DNA of 63,030 nucleotides, the filler included. It is 4 parts of 4 records of this genome, joined end to end, with 100 filler letters (N's around TTAATTAATTAA, not from the genome) between each part and the next. Parts side by side here need not be neighbours in the genome. Positions count along the whole stretch, not along the records: positions 1 to 10,486 come from SRR31156797_11459; positions 10,587 to 26,193 come from SRR31156797_11465; 2 more parts are not named here. The stretch is one strand, 5' to 3'. A program made the position numbers and the translations under genes. How positions within the stretch are numbered: the first letter of the stretch is position 1; each line of letters opens with the position of its first letter. Shown in pieces: positions 8,498 to 16,011 of this stretch. The notes below the pieces were generated by a model. That model had not been told where the DNA came from, made no database searches, and saw only the letters and a list, made by a program, of their open reading frames with translations.

Positions 8498-8884
8498 TTA
8501 TGAATTATCTACTTCTGCAAGCAGATACACACGCACATGGTAACTATCATTGACAGCCAGGTTTTCACTATCATCCTTATAGATGATTCTGATAGGGCTG
8601 TTCTTGGCTTTTTCATTCACAGGGAAAGTCACGTCTTTGATACTCATATCATCATTGTGATGAAGAAGAGCTACCTCGGTATCATCGGGGATGATTTCAG
8701 TATCATCAATCCACGCTCGAAGTGTTGAACCCGGTAGGGCTTGTTGATTGGACAAGCGAAGGAACATACCCGTAATGCGGTCGTGTTCTGTTTTGGTATT
8801 GCCGTTAAACTCAAAGGTTTCTCCTTTTTTTACCTCGAATTTTACAACCTGTAGTTTCTTTATTTTGTTGTCTTGTACTTCCAT
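8498..8884 (-). CDS. Small all-beta protein, candidate penton/minor capsid (single jelly-roll-like)
   Basis: 128 aa of successive amphipathic strands (QVVKFEV, RITGMFLRL, TLRAWID, IRIIYKD, YHVRVYLLAE); directly downstream of the candidate capsid gene. Confidence 0.5.
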   Translation of the reverse strand: MEVQDNKIKKLQVVKFEVKKGETFEFNGNTKTEHDRITGMFLRLSNQQALPGSTLRAWIDDTEIIPDDTEVALLHHNDDMSIKDVTFPVNEKAKNSPIRIIYKDDSENLAVNDSYHVRVYLLAEVDNS

Positions 8885-8901
8885 TGGTATAAGTGATTAA
8901 G

Positions 8902-8938
8902 AAAAAAGGGACGGAAGCAAGTATTGCGACCGCCCCTT
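8902..8938 (-). terminator. Intrinsic terminator after the candidate capsid gene
   Basis: Minus-strand RNA GGGGCGG-UC-GCAA-UAC-UUGC-UU-CCGUCCC-UUUUUU; the G.U pair and U-tail work only on the minus strand. Confidence 0.7.
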
Positions 8939-8964
8939 CTAACGATTATGGCATACCCAAAAAA

Positions 8965-9810
8965 CTATGCTTTCTCTGTGATTGTACCCAATAGCGTAAT
9001 CTTAACAGCCGGGTTAAAAACCTTGTCGCTGTTGTTGATAGCCTTTGGCATGTTCAGCTTTGGCGTGATGTCCATTGATGGCTTTAACCACTTTGGATTC
9101 GCCAATTTGTACTGGAACTTACGCTTGGTTGTATCGGTATCATCGAATACCGCACAAGAGATTTCAGGAAGAATCACCTTAGTTCCCAAGGTCATCTCAA
9201 ATGTTCCGTTTAGGATTTGTGCAGGAAGCGCAAACTGACCGAATGCAAAATCTGCCGGGTCGTTATCTTCTTCTGATGCACCATGAGCGTACTCAAGAAC
9301 AATGTCAGTCAGCAAGAAATACTTTCCTGAATCCAACTGCGCACGGTTCAGGTTGGTGCGACCAGCCTTCTTATCATCCGATGCTTCCATCAAATCAATA
9401 TCGGATTTGTCCTTAACCGACTTAATGGTATAAATTGCCGTATCAACGGTTTGCATACGTGCATCTTTCAATGCCTTTTGAATCTCTGCCGGAAGCTGCT
9501 GTCTGCGTAATTCAAACTGACCTTTTGAAGTCAATTGAGTTGTCAAACCTGTTTTTACAGCGGTACTTCTGCGGCCTGCATTGTACGACCTTCGAACAGC
9601 ACGTTTGCGGTAACTACGTCTGCGACCTCTACGGCTTCTGCGTCTTCTTCTTCGTCTCGAACGTCCGAGTTCACCGATGCCTTCCGTGGCATCATCCTGG
9701 TCATCTTCTTTGTCCAGGGAATCCTCTTCCTTATCGAGAATCGCTTCTTCTAAACCTTCTATATCTTCCATTGAAGGGTACAAATCATTTTGCTCATTAA
9801 TCTCTGCCAT
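8965..9810 (-). CDS. Candidate major capsid protein (acidic leader, Arg-rich arm, single jelly-roll-like beta domain)
   Basis: aa1-44 very acidic; aa50-81 contain 19 Arg; C-terminal ~165 aa beta-rich with TNL..QL...YFLLTDIVLEY, ILNGTFEM, YKLANPKWL, VKITLLG. Confidence 0.55.
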   Translation of the reverse strand: MAEINEQNDLYPSMEDIEGLEEAILDKEEDSLDKEDDQDDATEGIGELGRSRRRRRRRSRRGRRRSYRKRAVRRSYNAGRRSTAVKTGLTTQLTSKGQFELRRQQLPAEIQKALKDARMQTVDTAIYTIKSVKDKSDIDLMEASDDKKAGRTNLNRAQLDSGKYFLLTDIVLEYAHGASEEDNDPADFAFGQFALPAQILNGTFEMTLGTKVILPEISCAVFDDTDTTKRKFQYKLANPKWLKPSMDITPKLNMPKAINNSDKVFNPAVKITLLGTITEKA

Positions 9811-9876
9811 GATAATTTGTTTTTGTGGCTCAATAGCCTGTTATAAAATTGAATTGATTATTTAGTTGTGGATGAA

Positions 9877-10473
9877 TCAGGATGCCATCATATCACCCGA
9901 AAAGATGTCATAGTCCATGCTGTCGGGGTCGATGTCTTTAATCTTACCGATTTGAGGTTCTTCATCCTCCGGATAGTCGGCTTTGCCGATAGGTTCATCG
10001 CTCATTGCATAATCGGCTGCTGAACTTCCCACAGGGTCGTCACTCATGGAGTAATCTTCTGCTGCACCTGAAACAGAAGCTTCTATTTCACGCTCGATGT
10101 CAATATCCGCTGCTGGCAAAGCTTGTGTGATTGGGTTCAGGGCTTGTAAACCATCAACTTCATCGTAGTCCTCGTCTCCTATGATGCCCTCTAATCCTTG
10201 TAGGATGGTTTTACCTGTGGCTTTTTTGATAATGGATTCTACACCAGCTCCTGCTGCTCCAACAAGCCCAAGCTTGATGTATTCATTTTTGGTAAATTGA
10301 GTACCTACCAAACTACCCATTGTAACCGCTGCCGGAACGATGTAGCTTTTCATGTCGTTGCCTAAAAGACCACTTACTGCCTGGCTTTTCTCTAACTTCT
10401 TTAAAGCGTACTTTCCAACTGCAAACCCTGCTACGGCAGCAATGGGCTTGCCAATGTTGTTGGTGGCTTTCAT
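9877..10473 (-). CDS. Membrane-associated protein with acidic repetitive tail
   Basis: Three Gly/Ala-rich hydrophobic helices, then an acidic tail with DYSMSDDPVG/DYAMSDEPIG/DYPEDEEPQIG. Confidence 0.65.
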   Translation of the reverse strand: MKATNNIGKPIAAVAGFAVGKYALKKLEKSQAVSGLLGNDMKSYIVPAAVTMGSLVGTQFTKNEYIKLGLVGAAGAGVESIIKKATGKTILQGLEGIIGDEDYDEVDGLQALNPITQALPAADIDIEREIEASVSGAAEDYSMSDDPVGSSAADYAMSDEPIGKADYPEDEEPQIGKIKDIDPDSMDYDIFSGDMMAS

Positions 10474-10486
10474 AAAGTCAATTTTT

Positions 10487-10586
10487 NNNNNNNNNNNNNN
10501 NNNNNNNNNNNNNNNNNNNNNNNNNNNNNNTTAATTAATTAANNNNNNNNNNNNNNNNNNNNNNNNNNNNNNNNNNNNNNNNNNNN
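10487..10586. other. Artificial contig spacer
   Basis: 44 N + TTAATTAATTAA (stops in all six frames) + 44 N. Confidence 0.98.
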
Positions 10587-10731
10587 TGAAGAGCCCGTCG
10601 GCTTGAGACAAATTTATTAAAGGTTTATATAAATAAATTTAATTGAAATCTTATTAGAAAGCTTCCTGTATGTGAATTATTAAAGATTTATAACAATTAT
10701 GATTGATACTTGAAAATAAAGAAATCTATAA

Positions 10732-12315
10732 ATGATAACATTCGTTTTAAATAATCAGATCATACAAACAGACAAAGCAGAAGGAACGGCTTTGTTGGAC
10801 TTTATTCGGGACGATTCTTCGCTACCGGGAACCAAAATTGGTTGTCGTGAGGGTGATTGTGGTGCATGTACCGTATTGGAAGGTCGATTGATTGAGGGAA
10901 AGGTCGTGTACAAAAGCATTGTTTCATGTCTTACACCTTTGCGCAATGCACAGGGTAAACACATTGTAACGCTTGAAGGAATCAATATGAAGCATTTGTC
11001 GCCCGTGCAAAAAGCCATGGTTGATAATGCCGCTACGCAATGTGGGTTTTGTACTCCCGGATTTGTGATGTCTTTCACGGGTCAGGCCATGTCCAAAAAT
11101 ATTTCATCGAAAGAGTTGGCTATTGATGCTGTAAGTGGAAATATTTGTCGTTGTACAGGCTACAAATCCATTGAGAGAGCCGCCCAAGCTATTGCCGGAA
11201 CATTTGCCAATAAAAATTTGGAAAATCCCATAGAATGGATGGTGGAGCAACAGTATTTACCAGATTACTTCCTTGAAATACCTAAGCGATTAGAGAAAAT
11301 TTCGAATGAGTTTCTAAAAAAAGGTTCAAATCAGAATTCACAAGAGTCGGATAAGAAATCATCATTTTCAAGGCTTGCGAAGTCAGGAAAACCGCAGTTT
11401 GCTGATGTAAATGAGGATTTTGCTGACAAGCGAAACGAAGAACCGTTAGCTCGCGAACACAAATTAAAATTTGATAAAAGTGAGCAAAATGGTGATTTAT
11501 TGACGACGATAATTATGGGAGGGGGGACTGATCTAATGGTGCAAAAACACGATGAAATTGCGGAATCGTCACTCAATAGCTTTTATCTGAAAAAAGATTT
11601 GCAATACATTAAAAATGAGGAAGGCAAAATATGCATTGGAGCTGCTTCAACTGCTAATGATATTGCTAATAACAATCTTATACAGGAGTTGATTCCTGAC
11701 ATTAAAGCGTTCTTTAAACTGGTCTCTTCAGAGCCAATTCGAAATACAGGAACAGTTGCCGGAAATGTGGTAAATGCATCGCCTATTGGTGATTTAACTA
11801 TTATGTTGTTGGCTATGAATGCTGATGTGGTGCTCAACGCAGAAGGGAAGAAGCGTAGTATGCCACTGAAATCATTTTTCCTCGATTATAAAAAGATCGA
11901 TTTGAAACCGGGAGAATACATTGAGCAGTTCGATATTCAGTTACCCCAAAATACGTATCGATTTAACTACGAGAAAATTAGCAAACGTATCCATCTGGAT
12001 ATTGCAAGTGTAACTACGGCAATGTCTTGTGAAATGAATGGAAATACAATAGTAAGTTGCCATGTGTCAGCAGGTGGTGTAAAAGCCATTCCACTATATT
12101 TGGAAGTCACATCACGCTTTTTAGAAGGCAAAGAGCTAACTGCTGAAATAGTATTGCAGGCAGCTGAAATTATACAAAGTGAAATTTCGCCCATCAGCGA
12201 TGTCCGTGGAACCGATGAATACAAGCGTCAGTTACTCAGACAGCTGTTTATTGCCCATTGCGTAAAATTGTTCCCTGAGTCGGTTTCGGCAAAGGAATTA
12301 CTAGCGGCTCAGTAA
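10732..12315 (+). CDS. xdhA: Xanthine dehydrogenase small subunit (2x[2Fe-2S] + FAD)
   Basis: GTKIGCREGDCGAC, QCGFCTPG, GNICRCTGY, GGGTDL, IRNTGTVAGN, ISDVRGTDEYK. Confidence 0.92.
   Translation: MITFVLNNQIIQTDKAEGTALLDFIRDDSSLPGTKIGCREGDCGACTVLEGRLIEGKVVYKSIVSCLTPLRNAQGKHIVTLEGINMKHLSPVQKAMVDNAATQCGFCTPGFVMSFTGQAMSKNISSKELAIDAVSGNICRCTGYKSIERAAQAIAGTFANKNLENPIEWMVEQQYLPDYFLEIPKRLEKISNEFLKKGSNQNSQESDKKSSFSRLAKSGKPQFADVNEDFADKRNEEPLAREHKLKFDKSEQNGDLLTTIIMGGGTDLMVQKHDEIAESSLNSFYLKKDLQYIKNEEGKICIGAASTANDIANNNLIQELIPDIKAFFKLVSSEPIRNTGTVAGNVVNASPIGDLTIMLLAMNADVVLNAEGKKRSMPLKSFFLDYKKIDLKPGEYIEQFDIQLPQNTYRFNYEKISKRIHLDIASVTTAMSCEMNGNTIVSCHVSAGGVKAIPLYLEVTSRFLEGKELTAEIVLQAAEIIQSEISPISDVRGTDEYKRQLLRQLFIAHCVKLFPESVSAKELLAAQ
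11346..11507. repeat. 162-bp palindromic (MITE/RPE-like) element inserted in frame in xdhA
   Basis: Imperfect terminal IRs gtcggataagaaatcatcatttt / aaaatggtgatttattgacgac; internal IR gtcaggaaaaccgca...tgaggattttgctgac; length is 54 codons. Confidence 0.65.
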
Positions 12316-12336
12316 GGTATTGGTGGAACTTTAAAT

Positions 12337-14658
12337 TTGAAGAAAATGAAGAATGTTGACTCTATAAATCACGTAACCGGACGATCAGTTTATTTGGATG
12401 ATATACCCGAACAAAAGGGAACTTTGCATGGGGTTGTGTATGGCGCGCCTGTGGGACATGCCACCATCAAAAGCATTGACTACTCTAAAGCCGAAATGGT
12501 TCCGGGCGTAGTGAAAATAGTAACACATAAAGATATTACCGGCGATAATCAGATTGGTGGAATTATTGAAGATGAGCCACTTTTTGCCGAAGATGAAATT
12601 CACTTTTACGGTCATCCCATTGCATTGATTGTCGCAAAAGATGCCTTTACAGCTCGCAAAGCCCGCCGATTGATTGAGATCGACTATGAGGAACATGAGG
12701 TTGTAACAGATCCGCGTGTGGCCTATGAAAAAGGGGAGCTTTTGATTCCTTCACGCAGTTTCCAGATGGGTGATGTCAATGCAGCATGGGAAAAATGCGC
12801 GCATGTGATTGAAGGCAGTGTAGAGATTGGCGGACAGGAACATTTATACATTGAAACACAAGGGTCGTATGCCTATCCATTGGATAATGGCAGCATTAAA
12901 ATACATTCTTCAACGCAGGGACCAACCGCAGTGCAAAAAACTGCAGCCCGGGTGCTTGGATTGCCTATGCACCGCATCGAAGTGGATGTGGCCCGATTGG
13001 GTGGAGCATTTGGAGGAAAAGAAGATCAGGCTTCAGGTTTTGCTACCATGGTGGCATTAGCTGCATTCCTTTTACATAAACCTGTTAAAATTACCCTCGA
13101 CCGCATGGACGATATGCAAATGACAGGTAAACGTCACCCTTACAGCGGCGATTATAAAATTGGATTAACCAAAGATTTAAAAATATTAGCTTACGAAACC
13201 ACACTCTATCAAAATGGTGGGGCCGCTGCGGACTTGTCTCCAGCCATTATGGAGCGTACGCTATTTCATTCAACAAATACCTACTATGTGCCCAACACTT
13301 TTGTAACGGTGCATAGCTGCAGAACTAATTTGCCGCCCAATACTGCATATCGGGGGTTCGGAGCACCTCAAGGAGCTTTTACAATAGAATCTGCCATTAA
13401 TCAAGCAGCTGAAAGATTAAACGTTCCGGCTTATAAAATTCAGGAAGCCAATTTCATTAAAGACAATGATCTGTTCCAGTATGGACAAGTTGCTGAACAG
13501 GTAAACAATCGTAAAACCTTCGAAGAGGCAATCAATTTATATGATTTCAAAGGCACTGAAAAAGCAGTTGCTGAATTCAATCAGACACACGTTGATAAAA
13601 AGAAAGGTTTGTCATTGATGCCCATTTGTTTCGGTATTTCGTTTACCAAAACGCCTATGAATCAGGCGCGTGCATTGGTGCATGTGTATCAGGATGGTAG
13701 CGTGGGAATTAGTACCGGAGCCATTGAAATGGGACAAGGTGTCAATACCAAAATCATACAGGTGGCGGCACATATTTTTTCCATCAATACAGACCGTATC
13801 AAGGTAGAGTCTACCAACACAACCCGTGTGGCCAATACATCACCTACAGCGGCCAGTTCAGGAGCCGATTTAAACGGACATGCAACCCGTTTGGCTTGTA
13901 CTGCTTTGATTAAACGATTGGAAAACACAGCAGCAGAAATGCTCGAAACTTCCATCGAAAATGTGGAAGTGAAAGATGAGTATGTGTACAACAATGGCAA
14001 AAAGACAGATATAGGCTGGGAGCATTTGGTTGAAACAGCCTTTTTGAAACGTGTAGCCTTAACGGAAAATGGTCATTATGCCACACCCAAAATCCACTTC
14101 GATAAAACCAAAGAGAAAGGTCACCCGTTTGCGTATCATGTATATGGAACAGCCATCACAGAAGTTACGGTAGATTGCATTCGTGGAACTTACGAATTCG
14201 ATAAAGTACAAATTGTACACGATTTTGGAAAAAGCATGAACCCAACCATTGATTTTGGTCAGGTAGAAGGTGCGTTAGTACAGGGAATTGGTTGGATGAC
14301 CATGGAAGAATTGGCTTTTAAATCAAACGGTAAACTTGCCAGCGATTCACTATCAACCTACAAAATACCGGACATCTATTCTGTACCAAAACAAGTCGAC
14401 ATTAAAGCCTTGGAAACTGAAGGTGCTGAATTAGCCATTCTAAAATCCAAAGCAGTGGGCGAACCGCCATTCTTGTACGGCATGGGCGCATTCTTCGCCA
14501 TTCGCAATGCCATTAAAGCATTCAACACAGATCACGAACCCGCATTCAATGCTCCTTATACGAATGAAAAAGTGTTGATGGATTTGTACAATCGAAGTTT
14601 AAAAAACGCTGGAGTTGAAAAATTGAAAGAAGGCAGTGTGAGTGGGGCGGAGGTTTGA
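12337..14658 (+). CDS. xdhB: Xanthine dehydrogenase molybdopterin-binding subunit (likely start ATG 12346)
   Basis: HVTGRSVYLDD, QEHLYIE, RLGGAFGGKE, TAYRGFGAPQG, EMGQG, SPTAASSG, SKAVGEPP. Confidence 0.93.
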   Translation: MKKMKNVDSINHVTGRSVYLDDIPEQKGTLHGVVYGAPVGHATIKSIDYSKAEMVPGVVKIVTHKDITGDNQIGGIIEDEPLFAEDEIHFYGHPIALIVAKDAFTARKARRLIEIDYEEHEVVTDPRVAYEKGELLIPSRSFQMGDVNAAWEKCAHVIEGSVEIGGQEHLYIETQGSYAYPLDNGSIKIHSSTQGPTAVQKTAARVLGLPMHRIEVDVARLGGAFGGKEDQASGFATMVALAAFLLHKPVKITLDRMDDMQMTGKRHPYSGDYKIGLTKDLKILAYETTLYQNGGAAADLSPAIMERTLFHSTNTYYVPNTFVTVHSCRTNLPPNTAYRGFGAPQGAFTIESAINQAAERLNVPAYKIQEANFIKDNDLFQYGQVAEQVNNRKTFEEAINLYDFKGTEKAVAEFNQTHVDKKKGLSLMPICFGISFTKTPMNQARALVHVYQDGSVGISTGAIEMGQGVNTKIIQVAAHIFSINTDRIKVESTNTTRVANTSPTAASSGADLNGHATRLACTALIKRLENTAAEMLETSIENVEVKDEYVYNNGKKTDIGWEHLVETAFLKRVALTENGHYATPKIHFDKTKEKGHPFAYHVYGTAITEVTVDCIRGTYEFDKVQIVHDFGKSMNPTIDFGQVEGALVQGIGWMTMEELAFKSNGKLASDSLSTYKIPDIYSVPKQVDIKALETEGAELAILKSKAVGEPPFLYGMGAFFAIRNAIKAFNTDHEPAFNAPYTNEKVLMDLYNRSLKNAGVEKLKEGSVSGAEV

Positions 14659-14667
14659 TAAGGCGTT

Positions 14668-14696
14668 TCCGTTCCCTGAGCCGAGTCGAAGGGAAC
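14668..14696. repeat. REP-like hairpin downstream of xdhB
   Basis: gttccct gagccgagtcga agggaac inverted repeat between convergent genes. Confidence 0.5.
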
Positions 14697-14713
14697 ACTC
14701 TAAAACTATTTTG

Positions 14714-15199
14714 CTACTGAAATATTAAAGGTATTAACCTATAAGTGTATTCATATTGAAACTCGAACTTTTTGAGTTTCTCTTCAAAGTCATTCTTTCT
14801 ATCCATCAAACAAGTAACATATAATTTTTTGCGATTGGCTAAAGTGATTCGAAAGTAATATAATTCTCCATCACCTCCTGGATAAAAATAGGCAGCATCA
14901 TAACCTTTTCTATTCTTGGATTCAATCAATTGAATTTTCTGTATTTGTTCTTTCGGAATAGTTTTATTTTTGTATAAAATCCCTCGATCGCTTATTGAAA
15001 GTGGTGTGCCTTTGATAATATGCTGAGATAAAACAGTGAAAAATGGTAAATAAAGAATTACAAAACAACTTATGCCGAATAATATTAAATTTGTTTCAAG
15101 ATAATAATGAGAAAATATAATCATTGCTATAATGATAAGTAAATAAACTATTGAATTAAAAATAACGATTAAAGTTTTTATAAAACTGGTTTTATACAT
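14714..15199 (-). CDS. Hypothetical membrane protein
   Basis: 161 aa, two N-terminal TM helices followed by a small beta domain; AT-rich. Confidence 0.6.
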   Translation of the reverse strand: MYKTSFIKTLIVIFNSIVYLLIIIAMIIFSHYYLETNLILFGISCFVILYLPFFTVLSQHIIKGTPLSISDRGILYKNKTIPKEQIQKIQLIESKNRKGYDAAYFYPGGDGELYYFRITLANRKKLYVTCLMDRKNDFEEKLKKFEFQYEYTYRLIPLIFQ

Positions 15200-15588
15200 A
15201 CTTTATAAGTTGAGTAAATTTTGAATTTGGATTAAAGCTTGTTTAAAGGAATAAAGTTAATTCCATTCCTCTAAATCTAATTATTTTATTCAGAAAATCA
15301 TGATAGCAATTTTTAAAATATCCGAGCATCGAACGTGGGAACAATTCTGTACGATCAGGGTGATATTGTATTAATATCACTCCTAGCGGAGTTTTCGTAG
15401 GTTTTCTGAAAGATATACTACCGATATTTTAGCCCTCCGGGCTTTGAATAGAACACCAGCGGTGTGATATGTCGGTAGTCAAATTTAATTCGTATGAATA
15501 AATGCCGCGATGCGAAAAAAAACAATGGATTAGTGCTTCGATCGGCATCATATATTGAGTTTTTCATTTCCCAAAAAACCTTATAAAT

Positions 15589-15645
15589 ATTTCCGCACGA
15601 TCAAGTTAAGAAAGCGGCGGTCTCGCTTGGAGCGAGGCTGCCGCT
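15589..15645. repeat. Palindromic repeat copy 1 (upstream of SusC-like gene)
   Basis: atttccgcacgatc-N10-agcggcggtctcgct tgg agcgaggctgccgct; related copy at 18688-18742. Confidence 0.75.
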
Positions 15646-16011
15646 AAGGTAGGTTTTCTTCAAGTCAATCTCATCGTTTTTAATTATTCTTCAAAATAGA
15701 CTAGGTTATAATCAAACCCGGAGGGTTTGCATATCTATAGCCAAAAGATAATGTTAAAGACAGGACTCCGGAGGAGTCCAATAAATTAAACCTATCTACA
15801 TACATGTAATGCTGGAATCATGGTTCGAAAACCTTAATTAGAAACCCTTGCTACTTGTTTTTAGATGGTTGGAATTAAGTAATTGAGTTAATAAGATTAT
15901 TATTTATTATAATGGTTAAATATAAAACTTGCTTGCATAGCTATGCGTACCGAGGGTATAACTGCATGTTTTGTTATTTATGTTATTTGTGTATTTTTGA
16001 AGCCTAAATAA

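Larger units (their letters stand above)
1..10486 (-). mobile_element. Fragment of a virus/provirus-like element (structural module + methyltransferases)
   Basis: All genes co-oriented and tightly packed; lytic-enzyme, fibre and phage-type MTase signatures; no housekeeping genes. Confidence 0.75.

Noticed and set aside
1-10486. Tailed prophage or contractile injection system
   Set aside because: No recognisable terminase, portal, HK97 capsid, sheath, tube, baseplate or tape measure motifs in the visible part; cannot be fully excluded because the contig is partial
10531-10542. TTAATTAATTAA palindrome repeated three times in the window
   Set aside because: Embedded in N-runs of identical length; it is an artificial six-frame-stop linker, not a biological repeat
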